NCBI GenBank assembly: GCA_038231475.1 | Contig: JBBRLH010000011.1 | Coordinates: forward strand, 42,634 to 82,633 | Origin: Hyphomicrobiales bacterium | Lineage (GTDB): Bacteria > Pseudomonadota > Alphaproteobacteria > Rhizobiales > Aestuariivirgaceae | DNA length: 40,000 nucleotides | Direction of reading: 5' to 3' | Part shown: piece after piece, positions 9,708 through 19,257 of the stretch | Numbering within the stretch: the stretch's first letter is position 1 | Layout of the letters: every line of letters begins with the position of its first letter | The notes under the pieces: model-generated | What the model saw: only the letters and a program-made list of their open reading frames with translations | What the model was told of the DNA's origin: nothing | The model's database searches: none | Translations under genes and position numbers: made by a program

Positions 9708-10283
9708 TCAGCGCTCCATCACCGCAAACTGCAGCAGGATGATGGTCTTGGCGTCGATGATGCCACCGCTGGCGATCATCGCGAAAGCCTCAGCCAAGGG
9801 CATTTCAACAACCTCAATGTCTTCATGCTCGTGCTGAAGGCCGCCGCCTTCGCCAAATCGGTCTTCAAGCGCATAGTCACCGACAAACAGGCTCAAGCGT
9901 TCCGACAAGGCGCCGGGGCTGGAGAAGCAGTCGCAGACATGGCGGATATTTCTGACATGAAGGCCAAGTTCCTCTGCAGCCTCGCGGGTGACACACCCCA
10001 CCGGATCGTCCGCATCAAGGAGGCCGGCGCAGGCTTCAAGCAGGGGGTCGGTTGAGCCTGCAAAACTTGCCCCCGCACGCCATTGCCGCACCAGCATGCA
10101 GACCCCACGGGTTTTATCGACAGGCAGAATGGCAGCACCATGGCCATGATCGGACACTTCGCGCGACAAGATTTTGGTATTGCCAGTTGCGCGTTCAGTT
10201 GCTTCGACGCTGAGCTCGCTCAAGCTCGACCAACCCTTGGCCATGATTTCTGACTTGACGATTCTGTAGGTGAATTTGCTCAT
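9708..10283 (-). CDS. NUDIX hydrolase (ADP-ribose pyrophosphatase-like)
   Basis: 191 aa with a Nudix box, GLLDADDPVGCVTREAAEELGL. Confidence 0.85.
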   Translation of the reverse strand: MSKFTYRIVKSEIMAKGWSSLSELSVEATERATGNTKILSREVSDHGHGAAILPVDKTRGVCMLVRQWRAGASFAGSTDPLLEACAGLLDADDPVGCVTREAAEELGLHVRNIRHVCDCFSSPGALSERLSLFVGDYALEDRFGEGGGLQHEHEDIEVVEMPLAEAFAMIASGGIIDAKTIILLQFAVMER

Positions 10284-10337
10284 CGCGCCGTTGCTTCCAT
10301 TCTTATTGACATAATCTTAACCAGAATTCCCCTAGCC

Positions 10338-10964
10338 ATGGATCACAAGGACAACATGGCCCGCACGCAGAAATCAAGAACGAGATTGCTGTCTGCCTTC
10401 TTGGCAGCGGGGTGCCTTGTTGTCTCGATTGGCGTGGTCGCATCCCTGAGGGGCCATGGCCAACATCTGCAAACTGCCGCTGCAGGCTCTGATGAAACCA
10501 CGGGATCGCTCACCCAGGTTGCGGGCGAAACTGGCAAATCTGGTTTGCCTCTGCCGCGTTTTGTGTCCCTGAAAGCTGAAAAAGTTAACGTGCGAAAAGG
10601 CCCCTCGTCTGACCATGGCGTGGCCTGGGTGTTCCAGAGCAAGGGCCTCCCCGTTGAAATTACCGCCGAGTTTGAAACCTGGCGGCGCATCCGCGACAGC
10701 GACGGGGCTGAGGGGTGGATTTTGCAAAACATGCTGGCAGGCAAACGCACCGTTTTGGTTGCTCCTTGGAAAAAGGGCGAGACCGTCGGCCTGATGGACC
10801 GTGCTGCTACAACGGCTGGCATGGTGGCAAAGTTGTCGTCTGGGGTTCAGGCGGAAATCCGGTCCTGTGATGGTACCTGGTGCAACATCAAGACCAATGG
10901 CTATAGCGGTTATATTGAGCAAGGCCTCGTCTGGGGCGCCTATCCTGGCGAAATTGTGAACTGA
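10338..10964 (+). CDS. SH3-like domain-containing membrane-anchored/secreted protein
   Basis: 208 aa. N-terminal hydrophobic anchor, then two bacterial SH3-like repeats (VNVRKGPSSDHGVAWVF...WRRIRDSDGAEGWI and a second C-terminal one). Confidence 0.75.
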   Translation: MDHKDNMARTQKSRTRLLSAFLAAGCLVVSIGVVASLRGHGQHLQTAAAGSDETTGSLTQVAGETGKSGLPLPRFVSLKAEKVNVRKGPSSDHGVAWVFQSKGLPVEITAEFETWRRIRDSDGAEGWILQNMLAGKRTVLVAPWKKGETVGLMDRAATTAGMVAKLSSGVQAEIRSCDGTWCNIKTNGYSGYIEQGLVWGAYPGEIVN

Positions 10965-11061
10965 TCCAAACAGTTTTCCAGCGTCACTTTCAACGCTTTC
11001 ACCCTGCCCCGCCCCTATGGTAGAAGGCCCCAACCGGGAATTTTCCTGGCCGTGAGGCCCT

Positions 11062-11574
11062 ATGACCACCCGAAAATCACATCTGACCTATGACGACCTG
11101 ATCACCTGCGGACGCGGCGAAATGTTTGGTCCCGGCAATGCGCAACTGCCTTTGCCCCCCATGCTGATGTTTGACCGCATTACACAGATTGAAGAAAAGG
11201 GCGGCCAGCACCAGTTGGGCAAGGTGGTCGCGGAATTTGAGATCAAGCCTGATCTGTGGTTTTTCCCCTGCCATTTCCATGGCGATCCGGTGATGCCCGG
11301 ATGTCTCGGCCTTGATGCCCTGTGGCAGCTCACCGGATTTTTCCTCGGTTGGCTGGGTGAGCCTGGCCGTGGCCGCGCTTTGGGTGTGGGCGAAGTGAAA
11401 TTTTCCGGCATGGTGACGCCGAAAGTCAAATTGGTGACCTATGAAGTTGAAGTGAAGCGGCTGATCCTTCGGAAATTAAAGCTTGCCGTTGCCGATGGCA
11501 TTGTGAAAGCCGACGGAGAGCCCATCTATCACGTGACAGACATGAAGGTCGGTCTGTTTCAGGCGGAAGCATAA
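11062..11574 (+). CDS. fabA: 3-hydroxydecanoyl-ACP dehydratase/isomerase
   Basis: 170 aa with [24 protein letters not shown], the active-site region of FabA. Confidence 0.95.
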   Translation: MTTRKSHLTYDDLITCGRGEMFGPGNAQLPLPPMLMFDRITQIEEKGGQHQLGKVVAEFEIKPDLWFFPCHFHGDPVMPGCLGLDALWQLTGFFLGWLGEPGRGRALGVGEVKFSGMVTPKVKLVTYEVEVKRLILRKLKLAVADGIVKADGEPIYHVTDMKVGLFQAEA

Positions 11575-11584
11575 GGAGAATATC

Positions 11585-12799
11585 ATGCGTCGTGTTGTTG
11601 TCACCGGAATGGGCATTGTTTCAAGCATTGGCAATGGAGCCCAGGAAGTCACGGCTTCGCTGCGCGAAGCCAAGTCAGGCATCGTGCGCGCAGAAAAATA
11701 TGCCGAGCTTGGATTCCGCTGTCAGGTTCATGGCGCTCCCAATTTTGATGCCGAGCAGGTTGACCGGCGCGTGCGTCGCTTCATGGCCGATGGCGCCATT
11801 TGGAATTATGCTGCGATGGAACAGGCCATTGCGGATGCGGGCCTTGACGAAAAAGACATCAAGAACGACCGCACCGGAATCATCATGGGTTCAGGTGGGG
11901 CATCAACGCGAACGATCGTAGCGGCTGCCGATATCACCCGCGAGAAAGGTCCAAAGCGCGTCGGGCCTTTTGCGGTTCCGCCGTCGATGTCGTCTGCGCA
12001 TTCGGCAACGCTTGCGACACCGTTTGGCATTCGCGGTGTGAACTATACGATCTCATCAGCCTGTGCGACTTCGGCCCACTGCATCGGCAATGCCACGGAG
12101 CTCATTCAATGGGGCAAGCAGGATGTGATGTTTGCCGGTGGTGGTGAAGAGCTCGACTGGACGCTCTCGGTATTGTTTGACGCGATGGGTGCCATGTCGA
12201 CCAAATATAATGACCGGCCAGCGGTTGCCTCACGCGCCTATGACAAGAACCGCGATGGATTTGTGATTGCGGGCGGTGCGGGCACGTTGGTTCTTGAAGA
12301 GCTTGAACATGCGAAAGCCCGCGGCGCCAAAATCTATGGCGAGATCGTGGGCTATGGCGCCACGTCTGACGGCTATGACATGGTGGCCCCTTCCGGCGAA
12401 GGTGCGGTGCGCTGCATGCGTCAGGCGATGGCCACCGTCAAAGGCACCATCGACTATATCAACCCTCATGGCACATCAACGCCGGTGGGCGACTCCAAGG
12501 AAATCGGGGCCATCCGCGAAGTGTTTGGTTATAAAATTCCTCCGATCTCTTCCACCAAATCTCTCACGGGTCATTCGCTGGGCGCCACTGGTGTGCAAGA
12601 AGCAATCTATTGCCTGCTGATGATGAAGAACGGCTTCATGGCGGAAAGCGCCAACATCGAAGAGCTTGATCCTGAATTTGCCGACATTCCCATTTTGCGC
12701 GCACGCGTGGACAATGCCAAGATTGATACGGTGATGTCGAACTCCTTCGGGTTTGGCGGAACCAATGCCACGCTCATCATGCAACGCTACAACGGATAA
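11585..12799 (+). CDS. fabB: beta-ketoacyl-ACP synthase I
   Basis: 404 aa. [17 protein letters not shown], an active-site SSACATS, and a C-terminal [10 protein letters not shown]. Lies directly after fabA. Confidence 0.95.
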   Translation: MRRVVVTGMGIVSSIGNGAQEVTASLREAKSGIVRAEKYAELGFRCQVHGAPNFDAEQVDRRVRRFMADGAIWNYAAMEQAIADAGLDEKDIKNDRTGIIMGSGGASTRTIVAAADITREKGPKRVGPFAVPPSMSSAHSATLATPFGIRGVNYTISSACATSAHCIGNATELIQWGKQDVMFAGGGEELDWTLSVLFDAMGAMSTKYNDRPAVASRAYDKNRDGFVIAGGAGTLVLEELEHAKARGAKIYGEIVGYGATSDGYDMVAPSGEGAVRCMRQAMATVKGTIDYINPHGTSTPVGDSKEIGAIREVFGYKIPPISSTKSLTGHSLGATGVQEAIYCLLMMKNGFMAESANIEELDPEFADIPILRARVDNAKIDTVMSNSFGFGGTNATLIMQRYNG

Positions 12800-12809
12800 G
12801 AAGAAAAAC

Positions 12810-13607
12810 ATGACTGGATTGATGAGCGGCAAGCGCGGCCTCGTAATGGGCGTTGCCAATGACCATTCGATTGCCTGGGGCATCGCGCAGGCGCTTCATG
12901 CTCAAGGGGCTGAACTCGCCTTCACCTATCAGGGCGAGGCCTTTGGGAAACGCGTGCAGCCGCTGGCTGCGTCTGTCGGCTCTGACATTCTGATCCCCTG
13001 TGATGTTGAAGACATCGCGACGGTCGATGCCGTTTTTGACACGCTCAAACAAAAATGGGGCACGATTGATTTTGTGGTTCATGCCATTGCGTTCTCTGAC
13101 AAGAACGAACTCAAGGGCAAGTTCGCCGATACGAGCCGCGAGAATTTCGTGAAGACCATGGTGATCTCGGCTTTTTCCTTTGTGGAAATCACCAAGCGCG
13201 CCGCGGCGTTGATGCCCAAGGGCGGCTCGATCATTACCTTGACCTATGGCGGCTCAACCCGCGTCATGCCGAACTATAATGTGATGGGTGTCGCAAAGGC
13301 TGCGCTTGAATCTTCAGTGCGCTATCTTGCCGGCGACTATGGCCCGCAAGGCATTCGCGTGAATGCAATCTCCGCTGGCCCGATGCGGACATTGGCCGGA
13401 GCTGGCATTGGTGATGCGCGCGCCATGTTCAACTATCAGGCCGAACATGCGCCCTTGCGCCGGACGATCACACTCGAAGAAGTGGGCGGCGCTGGATTGT
13501 ATTTGCTCTCGCCCTTGTCTGGCGGTGTAACCGGTGAAATCCACTATGTGGATTCAGGCTACAATATCATTTCCATGCCGCGCCCAGAGGATATCAGCAA
13601 ATCCTGA
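12810..13607 (+). CDS. fabI: enoyl-ACP reductase (NADH)
   Basis: 265 aa from ATG 12810 (MTGLMSGKRGLVMGVANDHSIAWGIA). Completes the fabA-fabB-fabI arrangement. Confidence 0.95.
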   Translation: MTGLMSGKRGLVMGVANDHSIAWGIAQALHAQGAELAFTYQGEAFGKRVQPLAASVGSDILIPCDVEDIATVDAVFDTLKQKWGTIDFVVHAIAFSDKNELKGKFADTSRENFVKTMVISAFSFVEITKRAAALMPKGGSIITLTYGGSTRVMPNYNVMGVAKAALESSVRYLAGDYGPQGIRVNAISAGPMRTLAGAGIGDARAMFNYQAEHAPLRRTITLEEVGGAGLYLLSPLSGGVTGEIHYVDSGYNIISMPRPEDISKS

Positions 13608-14424
13608 CGCGAATGTCAGCGGGGTGCCTTTCATCGGATCTGGCAAAGCTCCGGAATTCCTGCATCGTCTCCTCAATGGACAGGGCATGATCGTTGGCAG
13701 ATGATCTCAAGAATACGCTATGCATCTCGCCTTGCGGACCAACGTCAACACGAGCGAAGAGAAGTTGTGCCTTGACGGCCTCTCGAAATTTGAAGATCGA
13801 CGTTGTCACAATCGGAGCATCTTCTCCGCTATGGTCGACATAAGAAAACAGCGTGGCACCAGCCTTCAGCGCGCTCCGCGCCTCTAAAAAAGAATTTGCC
13901 CCTTTCAGAACCACTTTGGGTGGTGTGTTGAACCGATAGAATTCAATGTCCTGCCGCTTGAAGTCACCCCACATCATCACCGAAGAGCGCAAATTTGATA
14001 AGTCCATTGCAGCGTAGAGTGCCAATTCGCCTTGGCCATGTTCAACAACCACAACACTCGGCTGGCTTTGCAGCAGGGCAACCTGATCAGGCCTGAGCGG
14101 CACGACCTCTGCTGTGTAATTTCTGAAAAGCCATCTGAAATAATAACGGAACTCGTAATGTGAAACTCTGTGCGCCGAGATTTCATACAGGGGCTTCTTG
14201 TCAAACAAGCGCAGGCCATTCATGCTGATCCAAGCCCATGCCAAACGAAAAAGCTGTCGCTCCGAAAGTTTCCAATTTTTCATCAGAAACATGACCAGTC
14301 TAGGATTTCGCAGATAGAAAATGGCGGGTTCGGGATATCGCCGAACAAAAGCGTGAAAACAATTGAGCACAGCAAACATAGCTGAGCGGCCTCCCACTTT
14401 GAAATTCACCGCAAGCCCCGACAC
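13594..14424 (-). CDS. hypothetical protein (lower-GC islet), no confidently recognised domain
   Basis: 276-aa ORF, the only long ORF in this stretch. Convergent with fabI and overlapping it by 14 nt. The start is ambiguous (alternatives M16 and M45). Confidence 0.5.
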   Translation of the reverse strand: MSGLAVNFKVGGRSAMFAVLNCFHAFVRRYPEPAIFYLRNPRLVMFLMKNWKLSERQLFRLAWAWISMNGLRLFDKKPLYEISAHRVSHYEFRYYFRWLFRNYTAEVVPLRPDQVALLQSQPSVVVVEHGQGELALYAAMDLSNLRSSVMMWGDFKRQDIEFYRFNTPPKVVLKGANSFLEARSALKAGATLFSYVDHSGEDAPIVTTSIFKFREAVKAQLLFARVDVGPQGEMHSVFLRSSANDHALSIEETMQEFRSFARSDERHPADIRVRIC

Positions 14425-14608
14425 TTTAACTGTTTGACCGCAGGCCTGAGAGTTTCAACTGACGAAGGCCTCCATTCTCATATTTCGAACATTGTGCTAT
14501 GTTGTCAAGCCATGATGAGAATCCTTTGGGGGCACGATCCTGAGAACTGTTGAAAGCGCTTGGGCGACGAAAGAGATCATACTGTCTTCGGACTTTCGCT
14601 CTTATTCC

Positions 14609-15475
14609 ATGGCGGACCAATACCGACAGTTGCAAGCCCACACGGGGTATGATTTTTCAGCCGCGATTAAACTTCTAGAACACTTGCCCGTGTTTATGGA
14701 TGGTGATCATCACATGCGGGTCCGCAAGGCGATGGCGAGGCAAATTGCAGGCAGCCAGAAATGCCAGTTCTCTGCCGCTGTGGAAAAGCTGGATGATTTG
14801 ATTGCAACCAAACTGTTACCAGCAACGAAAATCGACTTGGTTGCCGATTTTGCTGGCCCCTTGTGGTGGGCTGTTTCCAGTTCGATTGTGCTGCGGTCTC
14901 CCGCCACGGTAAGACTGGTTGATGATATCCCCGGCCTGTTTAATCCCATCCTGTCACTCTCCAAGCGCCTGGACATCTCGAAGCGCATCGACGCCGTTCT
15001 GCGGCTCGCTGGCGAAGATGCGGAAGAGGAGTTGATTCTCATGGGCATTGCCACGCTTGGCGCGCGGCCGTTTGCTGGCTCCATAAGTCTATCGTTGTAC
15101 GAGATTATTCAGAAAAATGCGGGAAAGCAGTTTTCAGATATCGCTTGGCCGGAGATTTTCCCCGCCACCTCGCTGCGTTTTGTCGATCGTATATGTTTGA
15201 ACCCGGTGACGATCGGGGACAACTCATTCGAGGCTGGTGAATGGGTACGCTGCTTTGCGCAACGTGGCGATTATACGCGTGAGGAAAACAACGCCGCCCT
15301 GTTTGGATTTGGTGTCCATTCCTGTCTTGGAAAATCCATCTCGGAGCGCGTGTGGAAATTGGTGACTGAAAAGCTTTCGCAATTGCCCCTCAGTGCCACG
15401 CCTTTGGATTTGGTCATAAGTCTCCACACAGATCCATTCTACATGGCGCAATCGGCGTACGTGCAATTAATCTAG
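14609..15475 (+). CDS. short cytochrome P450-like protein (lacks ~100 N-terminal residues of canonical P450s)
   Basis: Heme-thiolate loop FGFGVHSCLGKSIS near the C-terminus. A preceding RF..R / ...IGD..F..G..V region is laid out as in P450s. There is a degenerate I-helix (LMGIATLG). Only 288 aa, with stops upstream. Confidence 0.65.
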   Translation: MADQYRQLQAHTGYDFSAAIKLLEHLPVFMDGDHHMRVRKAMARQIAGSQKCQFSAAVEKLDDLIATKLLPATKIDLVADFAGPLWWAVSSSIVLRSPATVRLVDDIPGLFNPILSLSKRLDISKRIDAVLRLAGEDAEEELILMGIATLGARPFAGSISLSLYEIIQKNAGKQFSDIAWPEIFPATSLRFVDRICLNPVTIGDNSFEAGEWVRCFAQRGDYTREENNAALFGFGVHSCLGKSISERVWKLVTEKLSQLPLSATPLDLVISLHTDPFYMAQSAYVQLI

Positions 15476-15476
15476 T

Positions 15477-15785
15477 CTACTTGCCAGTCTTCTTCTGGGC
15501 TTGTTTCAAAGCCTCCAAGTGTCCCGCAAGTTGGACAACAGTGGATTTAGGAGCAAAACTTACCGCCTCGATTTCAATGTCACACCGCGTTTCAATCTCC
15601 ATGGCCCATTGCAGCGTTTCGAGACTGCTCAGACCGAGAGACTCCAATGTTGCGCTGCCTGCTGTTTCATGGCTGAAGACGTCAGTCAAATCCGGCCTCG
15701 TATTGAACAATGCGTCGATGATCAATGCCTCCAGAGTGGAAGAGGCGTGATCTTTTCGAAGTAACCCAGACGGAATGCTGTTCAT
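15477..15785 (-). CDS. stand-alone acyl/peptidyl carrier protein (phosphopantetheine-binding)
   Basis: 102 aa. LESLGLSSLETLQWAMEIETRCDIEI aligns to the ACP motif [24 protein letters not shown], with Ser at the attachment position. Confidence 0.65.
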   Translation of the reverse strand: MNSIPSGLLRKDHASSTLEALIIDALFNTRPDLTDVFSHETAGSATLESLGLSSLETLQWAMEIETRCDIEIEAVSFAPKSTVVQLAGHLEALKQAQKKTGK

Positions 15786-15929
15786 CGCGGACCCATTACA
15801 TTTATTCCTCTTAAAGTAGCCTATTGCTGCCAGAATTCAAGCCGAGTCTCATTCAACCTTGCTCTGGTTTCTTGGCCACTTTCGATATAGATATTCCCAT
15901 CCAATCGGTTGAATTGCAGAAAGACTACG

Positions 15930-17165
15930 ATGTCTTCCCACGAAACACTCCTCGACAAATATGCCGAACTCACCGTCAAGGCCGGGCTTAATGTTCGCGC
16001 CGGACAGCAGGTTCTGATGACAGCGCCGCTTGAAGCGGTCAATCTCGTGCGGCGGATCACGCATCATGCCTATGCCGTGGGGGCCTCGCTGGTCACATGC
16101 CTTTACAGCGATGAGCAGACTTCGCTGATGCGCTACACTGAAGGACACAAGGACGCGTTTGATGCTGCCCCCGGCTGGCTGTTCAACGGCATGGCTGAAG
16201 CGTTTCGCGATGGCAATTGCGCCAGGCTTGCGATCATCGGCGAAAACCCTGCTTTGCTTTCCGGCCAAGACATCGACAAGGTTTCGCGCGCCAACCGCGC
16301 ACGTTCCACCGCCTACAAGCCGGTTGTTGAACTGATCACGACTTTTGCCACCAACTGGTGCGTGATTTCCGCAGCAACGCCTTCTCATGCAAAGTCCGTG
16401 TTTCCGAACTTGAGCGAGAAGGATGCGCTGGCCGCCTTGTGGACTGCGATTTTCAAATGCACACGCGCCGATCTGCCTGATCCCGTCGGAGCCTGGGCCA
16501 AGCATAATGCCGCTTTGCACAGTCGCGTCGAGACCCTGAATGCCAAGCGCTATGCGGCGCTTGCCTATAAAGGCCCCGGCACCGACTTCACGCTTGGATT
16601 GGTTGATGACCATATCTGGGCCGGTGGCGCATCGATGGCCAAGAACGGCATCATCTGCAATCCCAATATTCCGTCGGAAGAAGTTTTTACCATGCCCCAC
16701 CGCGAGCGCGTGGATGGCATTGTGCGCTCGACGAAGCCACTTTCCTATCAGGGCACGTTCATTGACGGCATTGAAGTGACCTTCGAGAAGGGCCGGATCG
16801 TCAAGGGCACGGCGTCAAAGGGTTCGGAAGTTTTCAGGAAGATGATTGAGACCGATGAAGGTGCCGCACGTCTTGGCGAAGTGGCTTTGGTGCCGCATTC
16901 CTCGCCGATCTCGGCCTCGGGCATTGTGTTTAATGAAACCCTCTATGACGAAAACGCCGCTTCTCACATCGCCGTGGGCCAAGCCTATTCGCAGAACATG
17001 AAGGACACAGCGACTTTGTCGGCGGCGGAGAAAACCGCGCGCGGCATGAACACATCGCTGGTTCATGTGGACTGGATGATCGGTTCGGGCGAGCTTGATG
17101 TTGATGGCGTCTTCAAGGACGGCAAACGCGAACCTTTGATGCGCAAAGGCGAGTGGGTGGATTAA
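15930..17165 (+). CDS. aminopeptidase, M29 (AmpS/PepS/aminopeptidase T) family
   Basis: MSSHETLLDKYAELTVKAGLNVRAGQQVL... and a C-terminal VHVDWMIG, both typical of M29. Start is ATG 15930 or TTG 15909. Confidence 0.9.
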   Translation: MSSHETLLDKYAELTVKAGLNVRAGQQVLMTAPLEAVNLVRRITHHAYAVGASLVTCLYSDEQTSLMRYTEGHKDAFDAAPGWLFNGMAEAFRDGNCARLAIIGENPALLSGQDIDKVSRANRARSTAYKPVVELITTFATNWCVISAATPSHAKSVFPNLSEKDALAALWTAIFKCTRADLPDPVGAWAKHNAALHSRVETLNAKRYAALAYKGPGTDFTLGLVDDHIWAGGASMAKNGIICNPNIPSEEVFTMPHRERVDGIVRSTKPLSYQGTFIDGIEVTFEKGRIVKGTASKGSEVFRKMIETDEGAARLGEVALVPHSSPISASGIVFNETLYDENAASHIAVGQAYSQNMKDTATLSAAEKTARGMNTSLVHVDWMIGSGELDVDGVFKDGKREPLMRKGEWVD

Positions 17166-18298
17166 TGTCTCTGTTGTTTTCTCCGTTTCAAATGCGTGAT
17201 GTCACGTTGCGCAACCGGGTCATCGTTGCGCCGATGTGCCAGTATTCGGCAAAGCATGGCGTGGCCAATGACTGGCATTTTGTCCATCTCGGCCGCTTTG
17301 CCCTGGGTGGCTTTGGCCTGGTAATGGTCGAGGCCACAGGCGTTTCGCCTGAGGGGCGGATTTCCTATGCCGATATGGGCTTGTGGAATGATGAGCAGGA
17401 AAAAGCCCTGTCGCGCATTGCGGGCTTTCTCAAATCGCAAGGCGCCACACCCGCCATCCAGATTGCCCATGCCGGTCGCAAGGCTTCAACTTCGGTGGCG
17501 TGGATCAACAGCGCCACATTGACGGACGCCGAAAAAGACAAACTCGGGTTTGAGCACTGGAAGCCCGTTGCCCCTTCCGCCCTCGCCCATTCTGCAGCAC
17601 CTGATTTTCAAGTGCCCACGACGCTCGACAAAGCAGGCATCCAGAAAGTCGTTGCCGATTTTGCAACCTCCTTCAAGCGCGCCGACCGCGCCGGATTCGA
17701 AGTCGCTGAAATCCATGCCGCGCATGGTTATTTGCTGAACCAATTCCTCTCCAGTTTTTCCAACACCCGCACTGATGAATATGGCGGCAGCCTGCAGAAT
17801 CGGATGCGCCTTGTCCTCGAAGTGGCGGAAGCGGCGCGGGCCGCTTGGCCCAAATCCAAGCCGCTCTGGGCGCGTGTCTCCGTAGTTGATGGCAAGGATG
17901 GCTGGACCGTCGAAGACAGCTTGGCCCTCGTGCCGGAACTGAAAGCGCGCGGCGTTGATGTCATCCATTGCACCACAGGTGGCTTCGACGGCACGTCGGT
18001 GAAGCCTGGCCCGCATTACCAAGTGCCAATGGCCGCGGCCCTGCGCAAGTCTGGCCTTCCCACCGTGGCCGTGGGCCTCATTCAAGACCCTCACGCTGCT
18101 GAGGCTGTTTTGCAGAAGAGCGAAGCTGATCTCATCGCCCTGGCCCGCGGCGCCTTGGAAGACCCGAACTGGGCAGTCCATGCGCATCATGTGCTGGATG
18201 AAGGTGACGAGGCTTACAAGCTCTGGCCGAAACAGGCGGCGGCAAGACTGCGCGATAAGGACCGTACGCTGGCGATCAGGGGATTTGCGAAGGCATAA
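17165..18298 (+). CDS. NADH:flavin oxidoreductase, Old Yellow Enzyme family (YqjM/NamA-like)
   Basis: MSLLFSPFQMRDVTLRNRVIVAPMCQYS, HAAHGYLLNQFLS. ATG 17165 overlaps the upstream stop (TAATG). Confidence 0.9.
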   Translation: MSLLFSPFQMRDVTLRNRVIVAPMCQYSAKHGVANDWHFVHLGRFALGGFGLVMVEATGVSPEGRISYADMGLWNDEQEKALSRIAGFLKSQGATPAIQIAHAGRKASTSVAWINSATLTDAEKDKLGFEHWKPVAPSALAHSAAPDFQVPTTLDKAGIQKVVADFATSFKRADRAGFEVAEIHAAHGYLLNQFLSSFSNTRTDEYGGSLQNRMRLVLEVAEAARAAWPKSKPLWARVSVVDGKDGWTVEDSLALVPELKARGVDVIHCTTGGFDGTSVKPGPHYQVPMAAALRKSGLPTVAVGLIQDPHAAEAVLQKSEADLIALARGALEDPNWAVHAHHVLDEGDEAYKLWPKQAAARLRDKDRTLAIRGFAKA

Positions 18299-18299
18299 G

Positions 18300-19238
18300 A
18301 TGCCAAACCTGCTTACTATCGCTAACGAGCCTCGCTCATACCCTAGCCCAAAGCTCTGTATATATTGCGGCTCAGTTTCAGGGGCACTCAGCGATGAACA
18401 CATTTTGGCCCACGGGTTGGCAGGAGATTCACTGATATTCAAAAATGCAAGTTGCCCCAAATGTGCGAAAGCAACAGAGTCGTTTGAAACCGTGTGTCTA
18501 AGACACCTTTGGTGGCCCTTTCGAACCAAGATAGGGGCTCCAAATAGTGGGAAACAAACACCAGAAACCTTTTCCCTCAAGCGTATGAAAGTCACAAGCT
18601 ATGACAAAGGGAGGGATGAAATAACTTATGACCAACTCGGAATGGAAGATCTCACCCCGGAAGAATATCCGTTATTCTTTCAAACTTTTGACTTTCCCGA
18701 ACCAGGTATTATTGCGAACAGAGTGTCTTCAGAAAATGTTGAATATAGAATTTGGTGCAAGATAGATGACTCAGAATTCAAGAAATCCAAAGCCCGAGAA
18801 GGAGAAGGTTTTCGGTTAGGTCCCGGCAAGCCAGAGGCTGTCTGCAAAATACTTGCCAAGATTGCACATGGCTATGCGGTTGCAGAAATTGGATTTGGAA
18901 ATTTTGAACCGTTGCTAGCAGAATATATTTGCGGCAGGCAGCTTGATAGACTCCAGTTCATCGGCGGCTTGGGTTTCAAACCCAAGCTCACGACCGCCCT
19001 GCATAAACTTTCGCTGAAACAGCAAACTATGAATGGGGTCAACTACGTTGTTGTCGACATCCGTCTATTTGCGTGCATAGAAACTCCATCATATCGCGTC
19101 ATTGTCGGAAAACTCGATCTTACTCCACATAACCGAGTTCAAATAAAACCCAGGAATTTTCGAGTCGAAATTTGTGGAAATTTGCCGTTTCCATATGCGA
19201 AGGCTCTAGGAGGCATTGCTCAAGGGGGCTGGAGCTAG
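18300..19238 (+). CDS. hypothetical protein with N-terminal HNH/zinc-ribbon-like motif (low-GC singleton)
   Basis: 312 aa from ATG 18300. CIYCGSVSGALSDEHILAHGLAG....CPKC resembles CxxCG...EH(I/V)...LGG...CxxC of HNH-type nucleases. The rest is unrecognised. Sampled line is about 38% GC. Confidence 0.55.
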   Translation: MPNLLTIANEPRSYPSPKLCIYCGSVSGALSDEHILAHGLAGDSLIFKNASCPKCAKATESFETVCLRHLWWPFRTKIGAPNSGKQTPETFSLKRMKVTSYDKGRDEITYDQLGMEDLTPEEYPLFFQTFDFPEPGIIANRVSSENVEYRIWCKIDDSEFKKSKAREGEGFRLGPGKPEAVCKILAKIAHGYAVAEIGFGNFEPLLAEYICGRQLDRLQFIGGLGFKPKLTTALHKLSLKQQTMNGVNYVVVDIRLFACIETPSYRVIVGKLDLTPHNRVQIKPRNFRVEICGNLPFPYAKALGGIAQGGWS

Positions 19239-19257
19239 AGACAAGTGTGCTCGGCCT

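Noticed and set aside
13594-14424. Possible LpxL/HtrB-type lipid A acyltransferase assignment for the 276-aa protein
   Set aside because: The only resemblance is EHGQGEL against the family's HxxxxE motif, and the spacing is off by one (H-x3-E). That is not enough to make the call.
15849-16700. 283-aa minus-strand ORF
   Set aside because: It is antisense to the M29 aminopeptidase gene and is a shadow ORF. The same reasoning applies to 10374-11069, 20084-20761, 22124-22672 and the many 60-130-aa ORFs nested in the ure, fab, his and murA genes.
17486-18595. 369-aa minus-strand ORF
   Set aside because: It is antisense to the OYE-family oxidoreductase gene, has no recognisable motifs, and has the composition of a GC-rich shadow ORF.
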